Source of the DNA: Octopus bimaculoides
Taxonomy: Eukaryota
Direction of reading: 5' to 3'
Length of the DNA stretch: 64,000 bases
Assembly: GCF_001194135.2 (NCBI RefSeq)
Contig: NC_068983.1
Coordinates: 134,488,756 to 134,552,755 of the forward strand
This document shows, one piece after another, positions 1-11,475 of this stretch (position 1 is its first letter; each line of letters starts with the position of its first letter). The translations under genes were made by a program, and so were the position numbers. The notes under the pieces are model-generated. The model did not search any database. It was not told the DNA's origin and worked only from the letters and a program-made list of their open reading frames with translations.

Positions 1-75
1 GAATTAACAAATTTTTGTGCTAAAATATAAAAAGAAAAAAAAGTACAGTTTCTGTATGTCCAATTTCATCTAAAT

Positions 76-157
76 CAGTGTTTCTCAATTCTTTTTACCC
101 CACATAAATGTATCCCCTAGCCACCTTGAACAAACAAAGTGTGTAGCTTTTATTATA

Positions 158-193
<36 letters not shown>

Positions 194-289
194 CAAAAGA
201 AGATTTTAATTAAAATTTTATTACAAGTTTTATTCAATTGTTACTTATAGCCCAATCTGAAGTAGCCCACACTGCACCTTGAGAAACAG
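76..289. mobile_element. hAT-type MITE
   Basis: Ends CAGTGTTTCTCAA / TTGAGAAACAG with a perfect 8-bp target duplication ATCTAAAT (68-75 and 290-297). Confidence 0.78.
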
Positions 290-372
290 ATCTAAATTCA
301 AATTTATATTATAAAAGTTAAGTGAAGAAATGAAATCAATTCTAAGTTGAGTGAAGAATGTCTGGAACTTAC

Positions 373-522
373 TTGATATTTATTGAAAGCAAATACAAGG
401 GTTTCCAAAATATACCCCAAGTAAGGAACAAGTTCAGTACAAGCCTCTTCTTCAAGGGTAGCAAAGGCTGAACAAGCAGCTTCCTGGACACGTTTGTTCG
501 TGTCAAGAACACATTTTAAAAG
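373..522 (-). CDS. TNPO1: Transportin coding exon 11 ([34 protein letters not shown]...NKYQ); gene continues beyond the window
   Basis: 150 nt containing the [20 protein letters not shown] motif; TTTCAG / GTAAGT. Confidence 0.96.
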
Positions 523-780
523 CTGAAATGATAAACATCACAATCAACATCATTGCAACAGCTTTCAGTTTAAAAAGGAAGCTGACAAACACAAGTTGAT
601 AGATTTGTTCCACAAACATGGTGACAGCTAAAAGTAGGTACCAATACCAGCTATAAAAATCCATCTATATCAGCAAAATTATCCAGGAATAGAAACAAAT
701 GCATCATAGAATAAAAATAAAAGTCATTTCACACACACATATTCACATTTGTTTTATATTATATTTTAATACAGGTTGAC

Positions 781-1240
781 ATCATCATCATTTAACGTCC
801 ATTTTCCATGCTGGCATGAATTGGACAGTTTGACAGGAGCCTGGCCAGCTGATGAGCCATCCAGGCTCCATGTCTGTTTTGGCATGGTTTCTATGGCTGG
901 ATGCTCTTCCTAACACCAGCCACTTTACAGAGTGCACAAGTTGTTTTTACGCAGCACCAGTACTGGTGCTTTTTACATGGCACCAGCACCCATGAGCCTG
1001 CAAGATTAGGAATGCTTTTACTTAGCTTGACGTGTTTTTTCAAGCACAGCCATCAGCCTCGGTCCCTTATCATCCTCTTTGTGAGCCCCAACATTCATAG
1101 ATCTTTTCTCATCAGTTCATCCGTTTTCCTGGGTCTACCCCTTCCACATGCTCCCTCTCTACAATTAGAGATCAGCACCTCTTGATGCAACTGTATTCAT
1201 TCATATGCATTATATATGGCCATAACAGCACAGTTTTCTC
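781..1240 (-). mobile_element. RTE LINE 3' end (ORF C-terminus, 3' UTR, (GAT)n tail)
   Basis: Minus translation gives GACGRGRPRKT...RKDL...AVLEK, followed by the family 3' UTR ending GGACGTTAAATGATGATG. Confidence 0.75.
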
Positions 1241-1767
1241 TCTCTTTGAAAATCTCCAAAATTCAAAGAGTTTTCATAATGAGAGAAGCAACATGAATGG
1301 AAAATTCCTGAAAGTATCTGAAAGGTTCCATCAGTGGTATAGCGATTTTAGGGGTTTTATTATTTTTTTCAAAAATTTTTTTTTATAGCCAGATGTGTAT
1401 GTAGCATGCTAACTGAGAATGTATTTTAACTATTAGTAATGCAATTATTGTATCATACAAAATAGGGAGTTTTGCAGTAATATTTCACATAATGTATACA
1501 AATATATATATTGTAATTTTTTAATCAAAACAACATGCATTTTAAATTTAAGTTGCTGTACTTCATGTAATTTTAGTGTTTAGTGTTGCAATTATGTTTC
1601 GTAAGCAGTGAAAATTTCATGGTTTTGGTACAAGTACAGTAGTATCAAAAAATTTTATGCTAAATCTGAATTTCCATTCCACATAAATCCATATGAATAT
1701 AACAATGACTAGCATCATTAGTTCAAGGGGGGGGGGGTATATATATATACACATAAATGTGCTGTGC

Positions 1768-2153
1768 CTTTGGAAATGTGCTGTGCGTGAGAAGACCCGG
1801 CAAGCCATGTGAGATCGTTGCCAGTGCCCCTGGACTGGCTCTTGTGCGGGTGGCACATAAGATGTACCATCCTGAGCGTGACCGTTGCCAGTGCCCCTGA
1901 ACTGGCTCTTGTGCGGGTGGCACATAAAAGACACCATTTTGAGCGTGGCCGTTTTCGTGCGGGTGACACGTAAAAGCACCCACTACACTCTCTGAGTGGT
2001 TGGCGTTAGGAAGGGCATCCAGCTGTAGAAACTCTGCCAAATTAGATTGGAGCCTGGTGTAGCCATCCGGTTGCACCAGTCCTCAGTCAAATCGTCCAAC
2101 CCATGCTAGCATGGAAAGTGGACGTTAAACGATGATGATGATGATGATGATGA
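1768..2153 (+). mobile_element. RTE LINE 3' end with internal 67-bp tandem duplication and (GAT)n tail
   Basis: WKCAVREKTRQAM* then 3' UTR; units start at 1816 and 1883; tail at 2131-2153. Confidence 0.75.
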
Positions 2154-2350
2154 TATAAATAATTGAAAATTCTTATACATTCCCTGTACAGTTTATGAAA
2201 TTTCTAAAAGAATACCTTCATGGTATATAAGTTGCATTAGGAAATGTTAAATGGATAACATTTAGCTAGTCCCAATTTATAGATGCAAATCATTCCAAAA
2301 TACTTTCAGAGCCCAAGCATTTCAGATAACAGATTATCAACCTATACTAT

Positions 2351-2498
2351 TCATCATCATCGTTTAACGTCCGCTTTCCATGCTAGCATGGGTTGGACGA
2401 TTTGACTGAGGACTGGTGAAACCAGATGGTTACACCAGGCTCCAATCTGATTTGGCAGAGCTTCTACAGCTGGATGCCCTTCCTAACGCCAACCACTC
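2351..2498 (-). mobile_element. RTE-family 3' tail copy, inverted relative to 1994-2141
   Basis: About 6 mismatches in 148 nt against the reverse complement of 1994-2141 (manual alignment). Confidence 0.85.
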
Positions 2499-4397
2499 AA
2501 AATTTTCCATTGTATACCTACAGCAAAATAGAGTATGTGATATCAGGTTGTAGGTGTCTGATGAAAGGCATTGATCACACACACACTAATGAACTGGAAA
2601 AAGTTTAAAACTTTTGGTATGCATTTTTAATAGTACACCATACTCAATTGAACATGAAACAAGCAAATTTGTAGGCCATTTCTTGCTTTTCTTTGGCATA
2701 TTCACCCTTTAGCTTTTAAACCAGCCATATCTAGCCCAGATTCTCTGAACCCAAAACCATATGGTTGGGAAGCAAACCTCTTACCACACACCCATATGTA
2801 TGCATGGGTGTGTGGTAACCAGTTGTCCAAAATCTCACGTGTGAGGGACTAATGCAAGAAGTGTCAAGACAATCATTGTGATTAATTATTGTGTGAATTC
2901 CATTTTCTCTTTCATTTGTTATATATCAGATGAAAACGTTTTCTGAATGCATGTGTGAAGTGAATAAACACAAATTTAGAACTTGTTCTGGTTCATTTAT
3001 AACACATCAAATCATTTTCAAAGTAAGCAAATGAAGGAGTCTCTATGAAGTTTTCTGAGCTACCAGAAATAGCAGCCAAACCTTCAAATCACTCCATCTT
3101 AAAAAAAAAAATACATACAAGCTAGGTAACACTAGCTCCTGATCCATCATGCTTCAAAGGAAGGAAGTATGATCATGGCTAAACACCTTTAATGAGAAGT
3201 GCCCAATCAGGGTTGACCTGGTGCTAGACAAGAACATTTTCGAGAGAGTGTTTTGGAAAATAACTTCATTTTGTCCAATCTTGTGAAGGATGAGTCTAGA
3301 CATGATAAACTAATTCATGAATTAAAGACACTCATAGTCTATACATAGCAAGCACAGCAACCATTGATTGAAGGACCCACTAGAATGTCATATGGTACAT
3401 ACAATCCTTTAAATCGATATTGTGGAATTAAAGTCTAGGTCCATGATAATCCACACAAAGGCTTTTATCAGGTCTATTCAATCAGGATTGACCTGGTGCT
3501 AAATGAGAATTTGAAAGAATATTTTAAATATATTTGAAAGAACTTATTTTCATTTTGCCAAATCTTTCAACAGAATTTTAGAGTATGTCATCATCATCAT
3601 TTAACATTTGTCTTCCAAACAGGAATGGATTGAACAGTTTGTTAGGATTCAACAAGCTACAGAACTGCATCAAGCTCCAACATGTTTTGGCAAGGTTTCT
3701 ACAATTTACAGGCTGTAGATGCTTTTTCATGACACATGCGCTAGTTAAGTAATAGCAGAGAGAGAGGTAGCTTTATGCCTGGTGCTGTGAAGCTTAAATG
3801 TGATAGAGGGACAAGCACAGGTGTTTTGCAATAAAGGAGATACATGCTAGCCAACATTATACAAAAGTGAGTAGGAGCAGCTGGAAAGAAGACAATGGTG
3901 GTGATGACAAGGTGTTAGTGTGTACTTTCAAGACATGAGGTGAGTATAAGAGAATACAAAAAATTAGAAAGAGTGGGTAAGTTCACTAGAACATGAGAAG
4001 AGTGACAGATGGTTAAAGATGGAAGCAGAGGCAAATGTAGTGAATGAAACAAGAGTGGAGGTTTGGTTGATGGCAAATAGCATAGTAGGGAAGAAATAGG
4101 AGTGGATCAGAAAGGAGGAGATGGTAAGCATTAGTACAGGAAGGGAGGAGAGTAGCAATATAAATCTATAGATAGATCAGAAAATATAAAAATAATAAGC
4201 AGGTGAGAGAGAGATGAGTAAGGGGCAACTATATTGAGTGGGGACAAAATTGGAGAAGGCCATCAACAGAAGACATGACAACGTTATGAGAATGAAGGGT
4301 GTGATAAAGGCAGTGCTCCAGCATGGCCGCAGTCAAATAAGCAGGTGAGAGAGAGATGTACAGTGACAGAACTATGAAGGGACAACAAGTAAAAGAG

Positions 4398-4458
<61 letters not shown>

Positions 4459-4616
4459 GCACAAGATATACACGAGTCCATCTACCATTTCCACTCACAA
4501 AGCTTTGGTTGACCAGGGGCTCCAGTTGTGCCCAAAGTGTCACATAGTGAGGCTGGACCCGAGACCATTGGTTGGAAAGCAAGCTCCTTAACCACACACC
4601 CACATCTGCACCCACC

Positions 4617-4653
<37 letters not shown>

Positions 4654-4823
4654 TATAACAAAGCTAGTCAAAAGACTACATATAGGATAGGGGTTTCTTC
4701 AATGGTTAAATTTGAAATGAGATTTAAAGTAGAATAAAGAACTGTAAATCAGTGACAGCCATAATTGACTTGAAGGAAGTTATATCAAGCTTACTGAATA
4801 CAGTTCTATATTTAAGAGATGAA

Positions 4824-5779
4824 GAATTATGTACATTATTTACATTTGATGGATATTTGTCCTCATTTGTTTGTTGTTAACACAACGTTTCGGCTGATAT
4901 ACCCTCCAGCGTTCATCGGGTATTTTTGGGAAATTTTGAATCTGGGTTCTCATTCCCAAGATATTTTTCGATATCATTATTCAGGTCACTATTCGGAATC
5001 GAACACAGAATCTTGGGGTTAGTAGCCCACACTCTTAACCACTACACCATATGGGCAGTTATGGGGTGAATTTTAGGGCTTATAAATCTAATATTTTCCT
5101 ATCCTTCCTTAATACCGATTCCAATATGCTATTCATATCTGCACTCAGTCTGCTTAGGAGGTTGTTGTGTCCTAGCATATGTGCTGCTTCTTTTAGTTTT
5201 CGTATTTTCCAGTGGTGTTCTCTGTTTATTATTTTAACTTCATCCCACAGGGGGAGGTGGAGTCCATTTTTCCATACATGATCAGCTATACCCAATTTAT
5301 CAATATCTTCTTGTGTCACAGCTTTGCGATGTTCACCTACTCTTATTTTGAGGGGGCGACATGTTTCGCCTTCGTATAACCTACCACAGCTGCATGGGAT
5401 GGAGTACATGCAATCTTTGGTCATATTCTCTTCTATTGGTGGTTTTACTCGAAGGAGATATTTGCGAAGTGTTGTAGTACTCTTGAATACTGTCCTGATG
5501 TCATATGGACCGCATATCTTTTGTATCTTTTCGGAGACGCCTTTCACATAGGGTAGACAGACTGTGGACAGTTTATTGGTTTCATCCTCTGTTTTCTTCA
5601 TAATTGGAGTGGATAATATGTTTTTGGGGTAGTTGTTGCTCAATAGATTGTTATTGAGCTTGATCAATTCTTCGTGGTGTGTATCACGACCGCTACTTAT
5701 ATTCTTTGCACGATGTTTTAGGCATTGAGAAATCCCTCTCTTTACACTGTATGGATGGTGGGAATTGAAGTTTAGGTAC
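4824..5779 (-). mobile_element. Penelope-like retroelement, 5'-truncated (RT C-terminus, GIY-YIG endonuclease, terminal repeat)
   Basis: ORF 5080-5787 contains CMYSIPCSCGRLYEGETCRPLKIRVGEH...IADHVW...RKLKEAAH (GIY-YIG type), followed by a tRNA-like segment and a hammerhead-like segment. Confidence 0.88.
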
Positions 5780-6269
5780 CGTCGCAAAGCTGTGACACAA
5801 GGAGATATTGATAAATCGGGTGTAGCTGATCATGTATGGAAAGATGGAGACCACTTCCCCCTGTGGGTTGAAGTTAAAATAATAGATAGAGAACACCACT
5901 GGAAAATACAAAAACTAAAAGAAGCATGTACGCTAGGACACAGCAACTTCCTAAGCAGATCAAGTGCAAATATGAATAGCATATGAGAACCGGTATTAAG
6001 GAAGGATAAGAAAATATTAGATTTATAAGTGCTAAAATTCACCCCATAATTGCCCACGGGCATATGGCGTAATGGTTAAGAGTGCGGTCTACTAACACCA
6101 AGATTACAAGTTCAGTTCCAAGCAGTGACCTGAATAATAATAATATCGAAAAATACCTTAGGAATGAGAACCCAGGTTCGAAATTTCCCCAAGACACCTG
6201 ATGAAGGCTGGAGGATATATGAGCTGAAACGTTGTGTCAACAACAAACAAGATGAGGACAAATATCCAT
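5780..6269 (+). mobile_element. Inverted partial copy of the Penelope 3' end
   Basis: Reverse complement of 4849-5331, roughly 85-90% similar by eye. Inverted terminal copies are characteristic of Penelope-like insertions. Confidence 0.88.
6193..6238 (+). ncRNA. Minimal type I hammerhead ribozyme motif in the Penelope terminal repeat
   Basis: GACAC-CTGATGA-A-GGCT...AGCT-GAAAC-GTT-GTGTC: stem I GACAC/GTGTC, both conserved core boxes, palindromic ACGT helix III. Confidence 0.72.
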
Positions 6270-6624
6270 GAACTGTATTATATAATCGGTACAAAGCAGA
6301 CATTAGACTTCAATGGAGACATATAGAGAAACTCCACAAAAAAACTAGCTAGTCTTTCCAACCATCTAACTTTCTTGTGTAGATGTAGAGACTCAAAGCT
6401 AATACCACCTGGCTTGAATATGACACCAGTGGATTCATATAAAGCGAGAAGAATAACGGAAAGGGCAGGACATGCCCTCGTCTGTGAGAGGATCTATTAC
6501 AACCATTGGAAAAAAAGAACTAAATGACAAAAATCAAAGAAAGGCTATCTTTATTACTTAGGAAAATAACCAGAGATGATGATAGAAAGAGAATCCAACA
6601 AGATCTAGAAAAGTCATACATGAA

Positions 6625-6752
6625 AGAATTAGGAATGAGAACCCAGGTTTGAAATTTCGCGAAGACACCTGACGAAGGCTGGAGGGTATATCAGCCAAAA
6701 TGTGGTAACAAACAAGATGAGGACAAATATCTGTCAAATGTAAATGATGTTT
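6625..6752 (+). mobile_element. Third fragment of the Penelope terminal repeat
   Basis: Repeats 6160-6270 (AGGAATGAGAACCCAGG...GACACCTGACGAAGGCTGGAGGGTATATCAGCC) with a degraded GAAAC box. Confidence 0.8.
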
Positions 6753-6925
6753 TAGAGGTTGAAATAGTAAACTGATTATCTTTGATTTTCTTTTCACTCT
6801 ATTAATGCATATTTAAAAGAAATCTAATTGATGGATGGAAAATACAAAATATGTTTTGAAATTCTTCAAAAGCAAAAGATATGTTGCAAATTAAGGTATT
6901 AGTACTGTAAATTATAACTACTTAC

Positions 6926-7251
6926 TTCAGTCATCAAAGGTTTTAAATAAAGTTCATGTTGTTGTCCAACAACCCAATGTGCATATCGACTAAGTGTCCA
7001 ACAGGTAATGGATCTGACTAATGCTTTCTTATCTGCTAAACAATTGATCAAGTAAGGAATAAGTTCAGGTAAATGAGGAACCATCCCTGTCATGCAGCCT
7101 TCAGCAATGGCGCCAAGCACTAAAATACCAGATTCCTTAATGTCCCAGTCTTCATGAAATAAAGTTTCTTTCAGGATTGGTAATAGAATTGGCAGCAGTT
7201 CATCACGGAATACATTAGCAAGAACATCCAAAGCGGCAGCAGAACATTTAC
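6926..7251 (-). CDS. TNPO1: Transportin coding exon 10 ([15 protein letters not shown]...LKPLMTE)
   Basis: 326 nt containing [25 protein letters not shown] and [13 protein letters not shown]; TATAG / GTAAGT. Confidence 0.97.
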
Positions 7252-8229
7252 CTATAAACATAAGACATTAAATTTATTAAAGCTGTTGGAAATGATTAAA
7301 GGTTAATACTTCTACCAACTTTTACCACCATTTTTTTTAAATAATATCATCATCATTTAACATCCATCTTCCATGCATACATGGGTAGGACAGTTGATAG
7401 GAGCCAACCAGGTAGAAAAACTACCCTAGGCTGTTTTGGCAGGGATTTTACAGCCAGATGCCCTTCCTAACACCAACCACTCCACAGAGTGGAATCAGTG
7501 CTTTTTACGTGGCACTAGTACATGCAAACTTAGTTTTGGCAAGATTTTTTTAAAGCTGGATGCCCTTCTAAATGTCAACCACGTTACAGTGTGGACTGGA
7601 TGCTTTTAACGTGGCAGCAGCAATGGAAGGGTAACCAAGTAACTCACAAGACAAGGAATTATGAGAGGGGCAGGGCATTTGAGGAGGGGAACTTGTGTTA
7701 AAGGACGAAAGGTAAGAGTGTGAAAAAGAGACAGAAAGACAGAAGCAGGTGTCTTTGCCACAACAGAGGGGGCATTAGAGGAGATGATATAATATCAAAT
7801 AAAAGGTTACAGTGTAACAGAAATACAGAGGCAGAAATAGGTGTCTTGCTATAGAAGAGGTACATGGTTACCCAATGAGAGAGAAAGAGAGGAACCAGAA
7901 AGAAGCCAGAAACAAGTGTGCTGATGTTAATGTGATACTTGGTTACCTAGTCAAGAAAAACAAAGGAAGGAGAGAGAGTAAGAAACAGCAAAAGTGTAAG
8001 AGAGTAGAAGAGAGATGACGTAGTGCTAAGGTAGACACATGATTAGAAAAATAGTGTGCGGGTGTGTGGTGAGCACAGCAGTGAGGGCAAGAAAAGGGAT
8101 TGGAAAACAATCATAATTTATGAAGAGGAAATGTGAGGAAGAGAAAGATGCAGTTAGGAGAGGAGTTGTAATTTGATTTCTTAGGGTAGAGAGGGTGAAA
8201 AGTGTGTTGTTACATGTGGTGCGACACAA

Positions 8230-8655
8230 CTCTTCTAGCACACAGTTTTGTGGAAGGGTCTTCTCTAGGACCGCATATCACCAAACTTCTTGGTCCACTG
8301 TCATTTCCTCCATGAACTCCAATATCCTAAGATCAGTCCTCACCGCTTTTCCCATGTCTTCCCGGGTCTCCCTCTCCCACAGGTACCGTCCACTTTCAGC
8401 AACAGGCACTTCTGTATACAGCTGTCTTCACTCATACACATCACATGTCCAAACCAATGCAGTCTCCTCTCCTGCGTACCACATTTAATCCCTCTTATGC
8501 CAAACTTTTCTCTCAATACAGTTGTGCTTTGTCAGTCATGTACACTGATGTTGCAAATCCAATGGAGCATACTATCTTCATTCCTCTCCAGCCTACATGT
8601 CCTCCGCAGTCAGAGCCCATGACTCACTACCATGTAACATAGCCACTCTCACACA
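8230..8655 (-). mobile_element. RTE LINE ORF C-terminal relic
   Basis: Minus translation AMLHGSESWAL...RRLHWFGHVM...GTCGRGRPGKTW with stops and frameshifts. Confidence 0.82.
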
Positions 8656-8760
8656 AAATGTTTATCATAATTTAAATACAATTATCACTTTAATATATGA
8701 CTTAAGTACAACAAAACAGCCAGTAAAAACTTTCCTCTATAAATAGCTATGGAAAGATCA

Positions 8761-9085
8761 TTCATCATTGTTTAATGTCCACTTTCCATGCGTTAGACGA
8801 TTTGACTGAGGACTGGTGAACCGGATGGCTGCACCAGGCTCCAATCTGATCTGGCAGAGTTTCTACAGCTGAATGCCCTTCCTAACGCCAACCACTCCGA
8901 GAGTGTAGTTGGTGCTTTTACATGCCGCTGGCTTAAGGGTCAGTCAAGCAGTACTGGCAACAGCCATGCTCAAAATGGTGTTTTTTACGTGCCACCTGCA
9001 CAGGAGCTAGTCCAGCAGCACTGGCAACAACCTCGCTCAAATGTCTTTTCACGTGCCATCGGCACAAGTGCCAGGAAGTGACGCT
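8761..9085 (-). mobile_element. RTE-family 3' UTR copy
   Basis: Same subfamily as 1768-2153, opposite orientation. Confidence 0.78.
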
Positions 9086-9173
9086 GGTAACGATCATTAT
9101 CAACAAAAAAAAAAAAAAAGTTTAAAAGTGGAAAATAGTGCAATGTCTCTCGAATACAAAATAAAAGACTTAC

Positions 9174-9234
9174 GTAAGTTCCAATCAGACAGACTGTCGT
9201 CATCATCAAAACCTTCATCAGAATATTCCCCATC
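9174..9234 (-). CDS. TNPO1: Transportin coding exon 9, second part of the H8 loop (DGEYSDEGFDDDDSLSDWNL)
   Basis: 61 nt matching DDDDTISDWNLR; TATAG / GTAAGT; phase fits the next exon (C|GT = Arg). Confidence 0.93.
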
Positions 9235-9713
9235 CTATAATATAAAAGTACTCAATATTAGGCAATAGAACAATGCTCTTTCATATAATCACCTATATAT
9301 CCCTAATTTTCAGTCATACTGTTTAATACATTTAACCCTAATAATATTAAACCACATCAGATCACTCATATGAAAGTGTTCATATTTAAAGTAAAATGTC
9401 AAAATTTCATAAAATGAAATTTTAGTAGGTCAACAATCTAATGTACAAATAGAATACGATACAAATATTTTATTAAACTTTTTCCAAAATCTGATTATAT
9501 TGAAATTAAAAGTGAAACACAAAATTAAGAAATACAGTTCTGAAAGAGTTAAACCAATTCTGAATCAATTCCCCTAAGAATAAAGGTATAAATGGCATTT
9601 TCATAGAGTGAAACAAAAATGTAATGTGTACCAAAGAATTGAATCTCTTTACATACTACAATGAAACTTTTCTATTAAGGAAACTATTATTTGCACAAAA
9701 GTAGTATACAAAC

Positions 9714-9818
9714 CTCTTCTCCTTCTTGATGTTTTTGGCTGTGAGTCCTAGATCGGTGAAATCTAGGTTTTATATCAGATTCTTTATCAGGGACAGTAGC
9801 ATCTTCTTCAACATCACC
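9714..9818 (-). CDS. TNPO1: Transportin coding exon 8, first part of the acidic H8 loop ([35 protein letters not shown])
   Basis: 105 nt matching [25 protein letters not shown]; TGCAG / GTTTGT. Confidence 0.94.
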
Positions 9819-9922
9819 CTGCACACAAAACAATGACCATAGGATAAATTCATTACATTGAAACAAATTAAGCATATAAAACTCAATAGTATTTGATCAT
9901 TTAACAGTAAATAATAACTAAC

Positions 9923-10102
9923 CTTTAATAAAATAATATCAATTTCAGAATATTTCATTCCTTTCACTAAAATAGGAACTAGCCTCATAATATGAGGAGC
10001 CAAAACATCTTTACAAATTGGTTGTTCAGCAAGAGAAAGCCAAAACTCACAAGCTTCCAGGGAAACTGCATCATCATCATCTTGAGTGCGTAACATCATA
10101 TA
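9923..10102 (-). CDS. TNPO1: Transportin coding exon 7 (YMMLRTQD...[16 protein letters not shown]...IDIILLK)
   Basis: 180 nt containing the LEACEFWL motif; TGCAG / GTTAGT. Confidence 0.96.
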
Positions 10103-10209
10103 CTGCAATCAAATACAAAGATATGACAATTACATGCACCTTTTTCTTCCCTGTCTGGCAAAATTTCAAGAACCAGCCAAGTGTAAGGCAACAAAATCAT
10201 AATACTTAC

Positions 10210-10332
10210 TCCAATGATGTCATTTATGTGGGGTATTAAGCGATCCATTCTCACTTCAACAAGCATCACCAGAGCACGGCAAACATTCTTACGAACCTCA
10301 GTATCTTCATCACTTGCCAAGTAAAAGAGATT
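10210..10332 (-). CDS. TNPO1: Transportin coding exon 6 ([41 protein letters not shown])
   Basis: 123 nt containing the [13 protein letters not shown] motif; TGTAG / GTAAGT. Confidence 0.96.
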
Positions 10333-11475
10333 CTACAAAATATCAAAATATTTTATTACACTAAGAACTGATAGTAATGATTTAGATACAATTCTTTCAT
10401 TGAAAAACAAAACCAAAACTAAAAATGACAGAACAAGTATCAAGTTAAAAGGACAGAAATTATGAATATTAGATGGAATTATAGTGGTTTTGCTTTTCTA
10501 AACACCTTGATCAGTTAATGAGTCAATGTAAAGAAATATTTTCAAATCTATTTTGTAAAGTTATTTTTTCATGCTTTCACAATATTTGTAATGAAATGCA
10601 CTGCCTGTGTATTTCAATAATTTGAAGGGATTAGATAAATGACATTTGTTTTAAGGTTTCATTAAATATGTTTTATTACAGGACCAGAGCAAGTATCAAC
10701 CACAAACAGGTTGGTATCAAATGGATTAAACCATTTTATTAGCAACTAATCAATATTCAACTAAGAACTTTGAACAACAACTTTGAAGTTGTAATCAAAT
10801 GATAATGAAAAGGTTAAGAGAAAACATATTTATCAGAGATGTCAAATATATTTTTTCATGTTAGCATTATTGGAAAAGAACAAGGAAACCACAAAAAAAA
10901 AAACACTGTTACATGACTAATGATCTCTGCAATTTTGAAATTCTTACAATTTCAAGAAAGATCATGATTCTTACAGCTAGTTAATAGCATTCTGATTGTT
11001 GAAAATTTCACATAAATCTTAAAACTGAGAGAATTACTTATGAAACCCTAAATTTGCTAAATATGCCCAGATAAAAGCCCGACCATTTAGACAGTTACAT
11101 ACATTGTAATAGTTTACAATATTAGAATTCAGAGTTTAAAGCTTTCATTAGGTTGTATAATGAGCACAAGTTTACTAATAATAAATAAAAACAATTTATA
11201 AGGTGTTAACATATTTGTTACCAAATTTCTATTGAAATACACTTCATGTGTTTTAATTCTAAAAATGATGAAAAATTTAGCAAAATAACATTGCTATTGA
11301 GCTGGTGTTTAAAACATAAGCATGCAATTTTGATGGAAGTTTTTAATTGTATATTTCTTCAAAGCTTTTAACATAAAAGCAGGGATAGTCTCAAGCAGGT
11401 TGGTATCAAAAAGGTTAAAAATGAAATAGATGTCTGCAGTTATTGTAAACAAAATTAGTTAAAAGGCCAACCTAC

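Noticed and set aside
4984-5056. Functional tRNA gene (ACT anticodon-like loop)
   Set aside because: No acceptor stem and broken T and anticodon stems; reported instead as a tRNA-derived segment of the Penelope repeat.
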